Positions 1-9,839 of a stretch of 64,000 nt of DNA are shown one piece after another. The DNA is from an uncultured bacterium (lineage in GTDB: Bacteria; Patescibacteriota; Minisyncoccia; Phycocordibacterales; GWA1-40-21): NCBI GenBank assembly GCA_963716205.1, contig OY970290.1, positions 520,322-584,321 on the forward strand, in the 5' to 3' direction. Below the pieces are notes generated by a model that saw only the letters and a list, made by a program, of their open reading frames with translations, had not been told where the DNA came from and made no database searches. Numbering within the stretch: position 1 is the stretch's first letter; each line of letters starts with the position of its first letter. A program made the position numbers and the translations under genes.

Positions 1-905
1 GAGGCCGAGAGCGGCAAATAGATATTTGCCGCTGTTGCACTTGTCAGATATGAGGCAAGGGTTCCACTGAATGTTGAAGTAGAAACATAATCATTTTGAA
101 GTAAAGCGATTGGTTCAAATGTGCTTGCCACCCATGTTGTTGAAGCGTATGTGGAGGAAGCTTCGGCAGAAGTGAGATATGAATTCGTGTCCGTGTAAAG
201 CTGACCGCTTGCCGTGCTTCGAACAATGCCTGCGGTTAAATTTGCAATTGTCGTCGAGCCATTTGCATTGATTGAAAATAAATTATTTCCCGTGGAATTT
301 TGCACATCAAAAAGATCGGCGACTTGCCCAAAGAATCCGCCGATAGTCAGTGCTGTAGAATTGGTGGAGGTGGAGACGATACTGACAACGGAATTCGCGA
401 TCGGTGTCGTTGTGCCAAACGATGACTGCCCAACTCCGGAAACCGCACCCGCAAGCTGCGCAAACGCCGCCGCAGTGATGAGCTGCCGCGGAGAAAGCGT
501 TTGGAATGTAACATTGTCAGAAGAAACTTCGATCTGTAAATAGATGGTGCTGTTAGTATTGAAATTATAATTCAATGCATCGGGATATCCATCCGCCGTG
601 TCGCCAATATTCACATTAAAAACTCCCGATTTTACGATTGACGGAAAAGATGTCGGAGCTGATGCCGGCCACAAACGCGAACCAGAACCGACGGTCGGAT
701 TGTCCCAGAGAGAAAATTTGAAATAGTATGTCGTGCCGGCGCCGCCGAGCAGATTACCGGAAGCGTCATACAGTCTACCTTGAAAACTTAGGGTTGTTGG
801 AGCACCAGATGCCGCGAAGGCATAGCTGAATGAGACGAAAAACAGCAGCATTGTCGCGCATAATTTCAGAAATGTTTTTTTGGCGAAAAAATGTTTTTTT
901 TGCAT
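1..905 (-). CDS. Large secreted Thr/Ser-rich surface protein, N-terminal 301 aa (runs off the window start)
   Basis: Not in the ORF track; translated by hand from ATG 905: MQKKHFFAKKTFLKLCATMLLFFVSFSYAFA (signal peptide), then ASGAPTTLSFQGRLYDASGNLL...YFKFSLWD...LQIEV...QTLSPRQLI, and repeats ASSTYASTT / YVSTSTF / YLPLSAS shared with the 40916-46567 protein; no stop before the window edge. Confidence 0.85.
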   Translation of the reverse strand, partial: MQKKHFFAKKTFLKLCATMLLFFVSFSYAFAASGAPTTLSFQGRLYDASGNLLGGAGTTYYFKFSLWDNPTVGSGSRLWPASAPTSFPSIVKSGVFNVNIGDTADGYPDALNYNFNTNSTIYLQIEVSSDNVTFQTLSPRQLITAAAFAQLAGAVSGVGQSSFGTTTPIANSVVSIVSTSTNSTALTIGGFFGQVADLFDVQNSTGNNLFSINANGSTTIANLTAGIVRSTASGQLYTDTNSYLTSAEASSTYASTTWVASTFEPIALLQNDYVSTSTFSGTLASYLTSATAANIYLPLSA

Positions 906-944
906 TTGCAAAATGTTAAAACATGCAACAAAGTCCTACCGAAA

Positions 945-980
945 TAGCCTCCCGGCGCACTAAATTCGCGAGGCTTTTTT
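945..980. other. GC-rich hairpin (AGCCTC...GAGGCT) upstream of the surface-protein gene; T-run on the + side
   Basis: Inverted repeat AGCCTC 946-951 / GAGGCT 970-975 with an inner GCG/CGC pair. Confidence 0.4.
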
Positions 981-1101
981 GTTCACTTTATAATTATAAA
1001 ATACTATAAAGAAAAATACAATAGTTTTTCCGGAAAAATCTATGCAAAATATGGATTTTTCGGCAGTAACTGTGGATAACTGGCTTTATTCTAGATTTTC
1101 T

Positions 1102-1186
1102 TGGTGCGCCGGGTTGGACTCGAACCAACGATGCCCGAAGGCGGGAGATTTACAGTCTCCTGTAATAGCCGCTATACGACCGGCGC
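1102..1186 (-). tRNA. tRNA-Tyr(GTA)
   Basis: GCGCCGG acceptor, GGAGA-CTGTAAA-TCTCC anticodon arm, long variable arm, GGTTCGAGTCC, encoded CCA. Confidence 0.96.
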
Positions 1187-1190
1187 AATA

Positions 1191-1573
1191 TTAAAATAAA
1201 TACTTCTTATACTTTTTGGTTTCTATAGAAATTTCATTTCGATTATCCAAATCAGTCCATGGAATAAGATATTTTTCTCTCCGTTCTGTAAAAACAAAAA
1301 GAAAATCAAAATCTTTTTTCCCATATTTTTTGAATAATTGAATGACTGGTTCCCTCCCGTAATCCTTAAACCAACCTCGCATTTATTGGACTTTCTGTAA
1401 ATCCCAGCAAATTTTACCTGAATTTTTCTCAAAAGTCCACTTTTTCAACGACAAAATCATAGCTTCTTTTATCGCCAATCGGCAGGCAAACCTCGTAGTT
1501 TTTTGGATATAAAATATCCAATTACCACTCCAATTGTCTGATCACCTTTTTGTCTTGAATTTATTTTCTCCAT
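1191..1573 (-). pseudogene. PD-(D/E)XK endonuclease (group I intron-associated type), three frameshifts
   Basis: Joining frames gives MEKINSRQKGDQTIGVVIGYFISK-NYEVCLPIGDKRSYDFVVEK-SGLLRKIQVKFAG...NYSK-KYGKKDFDFLFV...YLIP; KGD...YDFVV...IQVK motif; the shifts fall in A5/A6 runs at ~1500, ~1443 and ~1328. Confidence 0.75.
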
Positions 1574-1600
1574 ACAGCAGAGTATATTACTGCTGCTATT

Positions 1601-4282
1601 TTATACAACCATTTCTTTCAAAAATTCTTTTTCAAGTATCGCTCCACGCTTGCCTTTTTTCACTTCAAAAGTTAATTCATTGTTTTTCAAACTGATGGTC
1701 ACCGTGCCGCCTTTGACAATTCCCTGCGAGATGATGAGCGATGCAATCGGATTAAGGATTTTATTTTGGATCAGCCGTTTCAGTGGCCTGGCGCCATTTT
1801 GCGGATTGTATCCTTCTTTTGAAAGATATTCCAGAGCTTCGTTTTTTATTTCCAAAATAATTTCTTTTATCTTCAATCGCTCCCGCACTTCTTCGATTTG
1901 AATGTCCACGATTTTTCGTATCGCATCGCGGCTCAAAACATCAAAGACGATTACATCGTCGAGACGATTGAGGAATTCCGGACGGAAGAAATCTTTGAGT
2001 GATGCAAGCACTTTTTCTTTCACCAAATTGTATTCATTTTTCTTTCCGTCGGATGTCGTAAAACCAATTTGCTCCATTTTGTCTATGAATTGCGCGCCGA
2101 TATTTGACGTCATGATGATGACGGTATTTTTGAAATTGACCGTTCTGCCTTTCGCATCCGTCAATCTGCCATTGTCAAGAACCTGCAAAAGCAAATTAAA
2201 AACTTCCGGGTGCGCTTTCTCGATTTCGTCAAAAAGTATCACCGAATACGGTCTGTGCCTGACGGTTTCCGTCAGTGTTCCCCCCTCTTCATGTCCAACA
2301 TATCCGGGCGGCGAGCCGATCAATTTTGAAGTGGAATGCTTTTCCATAAATTCCGACATATCCACCCGCACAAGAGCTTTTTCATCGTCAAAAAGGAATT
2401 CCGCGAGCGCTTTGGTCAATTCCGTCTTTCCGACGCCAGTCGGACCAAGGAAAATAAATGAACCAATCGGACGATTTGGATCTGCAATTCCCGCTCGACT
2501 TCGCTTTATCGTATCAGAAATTTTTCTCACAGCTTCATCCTGTCCGACGATTCGTTTTTTCAAATCTTCTTCCATGCGCACGAGCTTGTGCGCCTCGCTT
2601 TCAAGCATTCGCGAGACCGGCACGCCCGTCCATTTGGAAACAACAGTGGCAATATCCTCTTCAGTAATTTCCTCTTTCAAGACTCTGCGCGAGCTTTGCA
2701 ATTTTTTCAGTTTTTTTAATTTCACATCCAAATCTTTTTCCGCTTGAGGAATTTTCCCGTAGCGGATTTCCGCCGCGACGGCAAGATTTGCCTGAATTTC
2801 CGCATTTTCCGCTTCAATGCGCAAAAGTTCCAATTGTTTTTTCAGAGTTTTAATACCGGTGAGAATTTCTTTTTCATTTGTCCAGCGGAGCTCGAGATCG
2901 GCGGTCTTTTCTTTCAAATCGGCAATTTCTTTTTCGATCACGAGGACGCGCTTTTTCGTTTCTTTCTTTTTTTCTCCTTCCGCTTCTTTTTTCAGCGCTT
3001 CTTTTTCTATTTCAAGGCGCATGATTTTCCTGCGGGTTTCCTCCAAAACCGGCGGCAGATTTTCAAGTGAGATTTTCAGCATTGAAGATGCTTCATCAAT
3101 CAAATCGACTGCCTTGTCCGGCAAAAATCTGTCTGTGATATACCGCGAGCTCAAATTGACCGCTGCCAAAATCGCGTCGTCGGTAATGCGCACGCCGTGA
3201 TACAGCTCATATTTTTCTTTGAGGCCGCGGAGGATGGCAACGCAATCGTCAATCGTTGGCTCGCTGACCACGACTGGCTGAAAACGCCGCGTCAGTGCCG
3301 GATCTTTTTCAATTTTCTGATATTCCCTGAGCGTCGTCGCGCCGATAGTGCGAAGCTCGCCGCGGGAAAGCGCGGGCTTGAGCATATTTGAAGCATCCAT
3401 TGATCCTTCGGCGGAACCCGCGCCGACAATCGTATGAATTTCATCGATAAAAATAATTATTTTACCTTCGGATTTTTCTATCTCTTTGATGATTCCTTTC
3501 ATCCGTTCCTCGAATTCTCCGCGGTATTTCGTGCCAGCAACAAGCAAGCCGAGATCAAGCGATACCAGTTCTTTATCTTTGAGAGATTCCGGCACGTCAT
3601 TCATTGCGATACGCAGCGCGAGACCTTCGACGATTGCCGTCTTTCCGACACCGGCTTCGCCGATGAGAATGGGATTATTTTTTGTTCTTCTCGAAAGTAT
3701 CTGGATGATGCGCGAGATTTCATTGTCGCGTCCGATAACAGGATCCAATTTATTTTCTTTTGCGAGCTTGGTCAGATTTCTCGTATATTTCAAAATGGCC
3801 CGATACTTTTTCGGCTGGTTCATTTCATCGCCTTTGAGATTTTTCAATTCGGAAAGGATTTTAAGGATCGTCGCTTTGTCGATTTTGAATTTCTGCAAAA
3901 TATCCCGCGCGGAACATGGCGTATCAAGCACAGCGAGAAAAAGATGCTCTGTGGAGATGAATTCATCTTTGAGATCGCTCGCCTCTTTGCCGGAAAGTTC
4001 AAGGATGGATGCAAGTTCTGGTGTCAGATAAATCTGATTATGCGGAGAAAGTGTCGTCGACGTGAGGTTGGATTCGATCGCTTCCATGATTGAATCGGTG
4101 AATAAAATGATATCAATATCGAGCCGGTCCAAAATCGAAGTAACGACGCTTTCTTCCTGAAGAACAAGTGCGGCGAGTAAGTGCAAAGGACCGACGTGAT
4201 TTTGTCCACGTTCAATCGCAAGCTCGTGAGCTCTTCTGATGACTTCCTTTGCTTTTGTGGTGAAATTATTTAGTGGTGGCAT
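1601..4282 (-). CDS. clpB: ATP-dependent chaperone ClpB
   Basis: Clp N domain, two AAA+ modules ([16 protein letters not shown]), long coiled-coil M domain. Confidence 0.95.
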   Translation of the reverse strand: MPPLNNFTTKAKEVIRRAHELAIERGQNHVGPLHLLAALVLQEESVVTSILDRLDIDIILFTDSIMEAIESNLTSTTLSPHNQIYLTPELASILELSGKEASDLKDEFISTEHLFLAVLDTPCSARDILQKFKIDKATILKILSELKNLKGDEMNQPKKYRAILKYTRNLTKLAKENKLDPVIGRDNEISRIIQILSRRTKNNPILIGEAGVGKTAIVEGLALRIAMNDVPESLKDKELVSLDLGLLVAGTKYRGEFEERMKGIIKEIEKSEGKIIIFIDEIHTIVGAGSAEGSMDASNMLKPALSRGELRTIGATTLREYQKIEKDPALTRRFQPVVVSEPTIDDCVAILRGLKEKYELYHGVRITDDAILAAVNLSSRYITDRFLPDKAVDLIDEASSMLKISLENLPPVLEETRRKIMRLEIEKEALKKEAEGEKKKETKKRVLVIEKEIADLKEKTADLELRWTNEKEILTGIKTLKKQLELLRIEAENAEIQANLAVAAEIRYGKIPQAEKDLDVKLKKLKKLQSSRRVLKEEITEEDIATVVSKWTGVPVSRMLESEAHKLVRMEEDLKKRIVGQDEAVRKISDTIKRSRAGIADPNRPIGSFIFLGPTGVGKTELTKALAEFLFDDEKALVRVDMSEFMEKHSTSKLIGSPPGYVGHEEGGTLTETVRHRPYSVILFDEIEKAHPEVFNLLLQVLDNGRLTDAKGRTVNFKNTVIIMTSNIGAQFIDKMEQIGFTTSDGKKNEYNLVKEKVLASLKDFFRPEFLNRLDDVIVFDVLSRDAIRKIVDIQIEEVRERLKIKEIILEIKNEALEYLSKEGYNPQNGARPLKRLIQNKILNPIASLIISQGIVKGGTVTISLKNNELTFEVKKGKRGAILEKEFLKEMVV

Positions 4283-4376
4283 AATTTATGGCTAAAAATA
4301 AGGTTAAAATTAAATTTATAAATGTATTATACACCAAAAATAGTTTGGGTCAAAATTAAATTATTGGAAAAAACTT

Positions 4377-5270
4377 TTATTGTTTTTTCTGGCTACTGAC
4401 AAAAGAAAGTGCGGATTGGATTGCGGAGATCGGAGCAAAAAATGTATCGCCGTTTGGATATGCGGATTTGACACCAACAAGTTCTCCGGAAAGATCAAAA
4501 AGAAGTCCGCCGGGAATCAAATCGCCTGCCGGAACACTTGTGTCAATCGAAACGATTTGCGTCTCGACCGTCTGCGTACTCGTTGCGCTTGAAGTCGCTT
4601 CTGTGCTTGTCGCGGAAATATTTTTTGTGCCGAGACTCGAAACGATTCCTGTTGCAACGGAATTTTTCGTCTCGCCACCGATATAGACGACAGCTTGTCC
4701 GAGTTGGAGATCATTGCTCGCGAGCGTCACGCCGGAAAATAAAGATGTGCTCGTGCTTGTCGTGCTAATCTCTAAAAGTGCAACTATTTGGCTGTCGTCG
4801 GCTTCCAAAACATTTGCATTGTATGATATACCGTCACTCGTTTGTACTGAATATTTTCCGCCTGAATCAATGACACCGTTATCAGTTGCGATCGTTCCAT
4901 TGCTTGCGATGACGGCGCCGAGACCGACAAAGCTTGATGTCGGAAGTCCTGTTTTCGGATCAACACCTTCGGCAAAAATTCGCACGACACTTTGCGTATT
5001 GTTGTTGATCGCGCTGACCACCTGGCTGTCTTCGGAAACAACGACTGTTTCTTTCGTCTCTTCAGGATTATTTTTTGAGGGAGTAGATGTGGCAGCAACT
5101 GTCTCTATTGTCCGCTCAACGACGCGATTAATCGTCTGGGAGACGCCGATCGGTGCCTGATTCATCAGGGCGACCGTCACGATTCCCGTCGCAATTGAAG
5201 TAATGAAGCTGACAAGAAGCGTGAGTAGAATAATTTGATGTTTGGTGAGACCTTCCATAATAAATAGCAT
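4377..5270 (-). CDS. Membrane-anchored trypsin/HtrA-like domain protein, probably catalytically inactive (start may be 5258)
   Basis: N-terminal TM; SVVRI...GLGAVIASNGTIATD...LQLGQAVVYIG...GIVS...GGLLFDLSGELVGV layout; catalytic His and Ser motifs are absent. Confidence 0.7.
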   Translation of the reverse strand: MLFIMEGLTKHQIILLTLLVSFITSIATGIVTVALMNQAPIGVSQTINRVVERTIETVAATSTPSKNNPEETKETVVVSEDSQVVSAINNNTQSVVRIFAEGVDPKTGLPTSSFVGLGAVIASNGTIATDNGVIDSGGKYSVQTSDGISYNANVLEADDSQIVALLEISTTSTSTSLFSGVTLASNDLQLGQAVVYIGGETKNSVATGIVSSLGTKNISATSTEATSSATSTQTVETQIVSIDTSVPAGDLIPGGLLFDLSGELVGVKSAYPNGDTFFAPISAIQSALSFVSSQKKQ

Positions 5271-5286
5271 TATAAGCTAAATGGAA

Positions 5287-6450
5287 CTATTTGCAAATTA
5301 CGGAAAGTTTTTTCAAAAGATATGTGATGTCTGATTTTTTTGTTTCCCTACCGAGAGAAAACCGCAGGGTGGATTTTGCCCGCGCAAGATTAGAAATTTT
5401 CTTCACCACGTCGGATTCTCCTGCACCTGATGCGCACGCCGACGCTGCTGAACAAATAATCCCCGCTTCATCAAGCCGCAAAACCATCATCTCACCGTCT
5501 TGTCCGGGAATGGAAATATTGATGTTGTTTGGCAAACGATTTTTCAAATTGCCGTTCATCATGGCATTCGGGACGAATTTTTTGACTCCTTCAAAAAATT
5601 CGTCCCTCAATTTTGCCACTCTCTTTCCTTCTTTTCCTTTTATTTTTTCATTGATCTTCACCGCTTTCGCAAATCCGACAATCGCCGGCACATTTTCCGT
5701 TCCGCTTCTCTTTCCATTTTCTTGTCCTCCGCCGAAAATTATCGGTTCGATCTCCACGCCGTCTCTTATGTAGAGCGTGCCGATACCTTTCGGACCGTAA
5801 ATTTTCTGCGCATCGATTGTAACTAAATCCGCACCAAGCTCCTCGACATTCATATTCTCATATTGCATCGCGGCGGATGCATCGAGATGTAAATATGGCA
5901 TTGCAATCCTTCCTCTGCCAAGTTCTTTTCTCGCGTGACGGATTTCCTTTATAATTTCTTTTATCGGCTGGATTGTTCCTATCTCACTATTTGCGTATCC
6001 AATGGAAACGATCACCGTTTCCGGCTTTATCATCTCCCGCAGATTTTTTGGATTGACTAGTCCATTTTCATCCACCTTCAAATAGCTCACAGTGCATCCA
6101 ATCCTTTCCAATTCCTTAAATGATTCGAGAATGGAGCTGTGCTCGATTTCAGTGGTGATGGCATGGACTTTTTTCCCCATCATCAATTGTTTTTTAACGA
6201 CACCAAAAAAAGCAAGGTTATTCCCCTCCGTTCCTCCGCTGGTGAAAATAATTTCCCGCTCGTGTGCATTCAAACTCTCGGCAATAATTTTCCTCGCGTT
6301 TTGCACCGCTTTTTTTGCCGTGACCCCCATCGAGTGTATCGAGCTCGGATTGGCAAAATCTGCGTTCCAGTATTTCTTCATCGCCTCAACCACCTTTTTA
6401 TCGGTCGGTGTAGTCGATGCATTGTCCAGATATATCTTTTTCATCAACAT
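5287..6450 (-). CDS. iscS: Cysteine desulfurase (IscS/NifS family)
   Basis: YLDNASTTP, FTSGGTEGNN, IEHSSI, QKIYGPKG (PLP lysine), RSGTENV, SAASACASG. Confidence 0.9.
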   Translation of the reverse strand: MLMKKIYLDNASTTPTDKKVVEAMKKYWNADFANPSSIHSMGVTAKKAVQNARKIIAESLNAHEREIIFTSGGTEGNNLAFFGVVKKQLMMGKKVHAITTEIEHSSILESFKELERIGCTVSYLKVDENGLVNPKNLREMIKPETVIVSIGYANSEIGTIQPIKEIIKEIRHARKELGRGRIAMPYLHLDASAAMQYENMNVEELGADLVTIDAQKIYGPKGIGTLYIRDGVEIEPIIFGGGQENGKRSGTENVPAIVGFAKAVKINEKIKGKEGKRVAKLRDEFFEGVKKFVPNAMMNGNLKNRLPNNINISIPGQDGEMMVLRLDEAGIICSAASACASGAGESDVVKKISNLARAKSTLRFSLGRETKKSDITYLLKKLSVICK

Positions 6451-6507
6451 GAATATAGCAAGGAGAAAAGATATTTACAATCGGATAAAAAAATATATAA
6501 TAATCTC

Positions 6508-6969
6508 ATGAATTTCAACTTATACACACTCGCGGGCGTTGCGGTCATCATCTTACTTCTCCTTTTTTGGATCATTCGCTTGGAAATCACTTTGAGAAAA
6601 TTATTGAAAGGCAAAGCCGGCTCGCTTGACGATGTCCTTGCCGACATGCGAAGCAATATTGAATATCTGAAAAAATATTCAGAAGGTGCGACGAAACATT
6701 TTGATGTTATCGATGCCAAAATGAAGAAAACAATTTCCGGCAATGAGACCGTACGCTTCAATCCGTGGAAAGGCGACGGCTCGGGAAGCAATCAGAGCTT
6801 TGCCACCGCTCTTGTCAATGCCGATGGCGACGGCGTGGTCATCTCTTCGCTCTATTCGCGCGACCATATCAGCGTCTTTTCCAAGCCGGTCAAAGGAATG
6901 AAGTCCGAATATGAATTGAGCACTGAAGAGAAAACTGCCTTGCAAAAAGCAAAAGAAAGCATATTATAA
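6508..6969 (+). CDS. DUF4446 family membrane protein
   Basis: N-terminal TM, VRFNPW...GSNQSFATAL...GVVISSLYSRD...KP...S.YELS.EE. Confidence 0.8.
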   Translation: MNFNLYTLAGVAVIILLLLFWIIRLEITLRKLLKGKAGSLDDVLADMRSNIEYLKKYSEGATKHFDVIDAKMKKTISGNETVRFNPWKGDGSGSNQSFATALVNADGDGVVISSLYSRDHISVFSKPVKGMKSEYELSTEEKTALQKAKESIL

Positions 6970-7026
6970 GGAAAATCACACAAAAAATGGAATCAGGAAT
7001 TCTTTTTTTATTGCCCGAAAAATATT

Positions 7027-8556
7027 ATGGAAAAAAATGCCCACAAAAGCATCGTTCAGCGTTCTCCCATTGTTTGCATCATGGGGCATATTGATCATGG
7101 TAAATCCACTCTTTTAGACTACATTCGAAAAACAAATATTGTGGAGGGTGAAGCCGGCGGCATCACGCAGAGAATTTCCGCGTATGAAGTTATTCACAAG
7201 ACGCCGGCGGGTATTGAGGAAAAAATAACTTTCCTTGATACACCCGGACATGAAGCATTCAATGCGATGCGTTTGTCGGGAACAAGCGTTGCCGATATCG
7301 CCGTGCTTGTCGTCTCAGCGGAGGACGGCGTCAAAAAACAAACGCTCGAGGCTTTGAAAGCAATTACTGACAGCAAGCTACCATACGTCGTTGCAATATC
7401 CAAAATAGACAAACCGGGAGCAAATGTCGAAAAAACAAAAAACAGTTTGGTGGAAAACGGCATCTATATAGAAGGCTACGGCGGAAATATTCCGTATGTG
7501 CCGATTTCCTCAAAGACCGGACAAGGTATTCCCGAGCTGATGGATATGATTCTTCTCGTTTCTGAAATGGCGGAATTGAAAGGAGATGTGAAAAAGCCGG
7601 CGGAAGGATTCGTCGTCGAAGCGCACATGGACAATCAAAAAGGTATTACCTCGACCGTCATCATCAAAGACGGCACGATCAAAAAGAATATGTTCGTGGT
7701 TTCTGGAGATGCGATCGCTCCGACGAGGATGATGGAAGATTTTCTCGGCAAGAAAATCACGCAGGCAAGCTTTTCATCTCCGATCCATATCATCGGCTTT
7801 GACAAACTGCCGGATGTCGGCAAACACTTTGTTAGTTTTGAAAATAAAAAGGAAGCCGAGGCGTATGTCGAAGCCGAAAAAGAAAAAAATAAAAAAAATG
7901 AAATCATCATTCCGAAAAAGTCTGCCGAGGAAACAGCGGAAAATCCGGATGAAATTTTTATCCGTATCATGATCCGTGCGCAGGTTGTTGGCGCGATCAA
8001 GGCCATTGAGCATGAAATCCAAAAAATAAAAAACGACAAAGTCATGATAAAAATCATCAACGCCGGCATCGGAAATATCACCGAAAATGACATCAAACTC
8101 GCCTCTGGCAGAAATCCGGCGACCATTCTTGGTTTTGATGTCGGCGTGGACGCATCGGCAAAATCGCTCGCTGAACGCCTTTTTGTCGAAATAAAAACAT
8201 TCGATGTCATTTATAAAATCTCCGAATGGCTTGCCGAAGAAGTGGAAAAGAAAACTCCGAAAGTCATGGTGGAAGAAACGACTGCTGAAGCAAAGGTGCT
8301 AAAAATTTTCAGCTCGATGAAAGACAAGCATATTATCGGCGCGCGAGCCGAAAAAGGAACTTTTTTTGTCGGCGAAAACGCAAAAATCATGCGCGGTGGG
8401 ACCGAAATCGGCCGCGGAAAGATACGCGAGCTGCAAAAAGAAAAAAATAAAGCGAGCGAAGTCGGTGCCGGGGTCGAATTCGGCTGCCAATTCCAATCTG
8501 ACATCATTCCCGCCCCCGGAGACAAGCTTGAGATTTTTAAAATAATGGAAAAATAA
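7027..8556 (+). CDS. infB: Translation initiation factor IF-2 (short form without N-domain)
   Basis: [37 protein letters not shown]. Confidence 0.95.
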   Translation: MEKNAHKSIVQRSPIVCIMGHIDHGKSTLLDYIRKTNIVEGEAGGITQRISAYEVIHKTPAGIEEKITFLDTPGHEAFNAMRLSGTSVADIAVLVVSAEDGVKKQTLEALKAITDSKLPYVVAISKIDKPGANVEKTKNSLVENGIYIEGYGGNIPYVPISSKTGQGIPELMDMILLVSEMAELKGDVKKPAEGFVVEAHMDNQKGITSTVIIKDGTIKKNMFVVSGDAIAPTRMMEDFLGKKITQASFSSPIHIIGFDKLPDVGKHFVSFENKKEAEAYVEAEKEKNKKNEIIIPKKSAEETAENPDEIFIRIMIRAQVVGAIKAIEHEIQKIKNDKVMIKIINAGIGNITENDIKLASGRNPATILGFDVGVDASAKSLAERLFVEIKTFDVIYKISEWLAEEVEKKTPKVMVEETTAEAKVLKIFSSMKDKHIIGARAEKGTFFVGENAKIMRGGTEIGRGKIRELQKEKNKASEVGAGVEFGCQFQSDIIPAPGDKLEIFKIMEK

Positions 8557-8557
8557 C

Positions 8558-8896
8558 ATGTCGGCCAACCGAAGCGAAAAAATAATAAAAATTGTGAAAG
8601 GCGCGGCGGCGGATTTCATGCAAAAAGAATCCAACGGCGCATCACTCATTACCATTACGAACGCAATCCTTTCAAACGACGAGAAATATGCTACTATTCT
8701 TTTCACGGTGCTGCCGGCCGACAAAGAGCAGCCGGCGCTTGAATTTGCCAAAAGAATGCGCAGCGAATTCAAAGAATACGTGAAGACGCACACCAAGCTC
8801 GGCAAGATTCCCATGTTTGATTTTGCGATCGATCTTGGAGAAAAGCATCGCCAAAAGATTGATTTGATTTCATTGAAAAAAAATAAGGCCCAGTAG
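8558..8896 (+). CDS. rbfA: Ribosome-binding factor A
   Basis: 112 aa directly after infB; ITIT...LS.D...A.I...IP.FDF..D pattern. Confidence 0.85.
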   Translation: MSANRSEKIIKIVKGAAADFMQKESNGASLITITNAILSNDEKYATILFTVLPADKEQPALEFAKRMRSEFKEYVKTHTKLGKIPMFDFAIDLGEKHRQKIDLISLKKNKAQ

Positions 8897-8958
8897 CCAA
8901 GTGGTAAGGCAGAGATCTGCAAAATCTCTATGCGGCGGTTCAATTCCGCCCTGGGCCT
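8887..8958 (+). tRNA. tRNA-Cys(GCA)
   Basis: GGCCCAG acceptor, GAGAT-CTGCAAA-ATCTC, GGTTCAATTCC, U73; overlaps the rbfA stop codon. Confidence 0.94.
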
Positions 8959-9027
8959 CACCAGAATTTATGTTTCTATTATATAATGGTATACTCGTAT
9001 ATGTTCTAAAACTTATTCGTATACCAT

Positions 9028-9501
9028 ATGCCAAAAAGCAAAAATTGGACAGAAAAATCTTTAAAAGATGCAGTGCTCCATTCCACAAGCATTAGGCAAG
9101 TTTTATATAAAATCAATCTCATACCAGCTGGCGGAAACTATGATCAAGTTAAAAAATATATAAGAAAATTAGGTATTGATACAAAACATTTTAAGGGAAA
9201 GGCGTGGAACCGCGGAATGAAATTCATCAGCGTGCCAAAAATAAAATTAGAGGATATTCTTGTAAAAAATAGTGATTTTCAAAGTTTTAAATTAAAAGAA
9301 AGACTTTTCAAAGCAAAAATAAAAAATATTGAATGCGAAGAATGTCACTGGGCAAAGGTATCTGAAGATGGTAGAATCCCCCTTGAGTTGGACCATATTA
9401 ATGGCAACAAAAGAGACAATCGGCTGGAAAATTTAAGGGTTCTCTGTCCAAATTGTCATAGTTTGAAATTGACGCGCAGAGGAAGAAATAAAGGGAAATA
9501 A
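9028..9501 (+). CDS. Free-standing HNH endonuclease with N-terminal DNA-binding region
   Basis: CEEC...LELDHING...DNRLENLRVLCPNCH. Confidence 0.9.
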   Translation: MPKSKNWTEKSLKDAVLHSTSIRQVLYKINLIPAGGNYDQVKKYIRKLGIDTKHFKGKAWNRGMKFISVPKIKLEDILVKNSDFQSFKLKERLFKAKIKNIECEECHWAKVSEDGRIPLELDHINGNKRDNRLENLRVLCPNCHSLKLTRRGRNKGK

Positions 9502-9506
9502 TAAAT

Positions 9507-9591
9507 GCCTGGGTGGTGGAACTGGTATACACGCAACACTTAAAATGTTGTCTGCTTAACGCGGATGTGGGTTCGATTCCCACCCCAGGCA
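9507..9591 (+). tRNA. tRNA-Leu(TAA)
   Basis: GCCTGGG acceptor, CAACA-CTTAAAA-TGTTG, long variable arm, GGTTCGATTCC. Confidence 0.95.
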
Positions 9592-9604
9592 CAAAAAAAC
9601 TTAG

Positions 9605-9677
9605 TGCACCCAGTTGGGATCGAACCAACGACCTTATCCTTAAGAGGGATTTGCTCTACCAGCTGAGCTATGGGTGC
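9605..9677 (-). tRNA. tRNA-Lys(CTT)
   Basis: GCACCCA acceptor, TAGCTCAGCTGGTAGAGC, CTCTTAA loop, GGTTCGATCC. Confidence 0.93.
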
Positions 9678-9758
9678 AAGTCATTAAAATAACAGAAAAA
9701 TAACAAAAAATCAATTTATTTGAGTTTTTGTTGAAAAGCACGTATGATGCTTTTTGTT

Positions 9759-9839
9759 GGGCGGGTGGTGAAATGGTAGACACGCTAGCCTTAGGAGCTA
9801 GTGCCGCAAGGCATGGAGGTTCAAGTCCTCTCCCGCCCA
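9759..9839 (+). tRNA. tRNA-Leu(TAG)
   Basis: GGGCGGG/CCCGCCC acceptor, CTAGC-CTTAGGA-GCTAG, variable arm, GGTTCAAGTCC. Confidence 0.95.

Noticed and set aside
945-960. Third Com site upstream of the gene at 905
   Set aside because: GTGCGCCGGGAGGCT lacks the leading GA and a matching 4-bp stem
1650-4093. Long + strand ORFs over clpB (and similar ones over infB, rnj, htpX, zwf and the giant gene)
   Set aside because: Antisense shadows of well-supported genes, with no motifs of their own
6139-6507. Upstream extension of the DUF4446 ORF
   Set aside because: Overlaps iscS antisense; the TM-bearing start at 6508 fits better
8960-9506. Group I intron carrying the HNH gene
   Set aside because: Both flanking tRNAs are uninterrupted and there is no room for a ribozyme core
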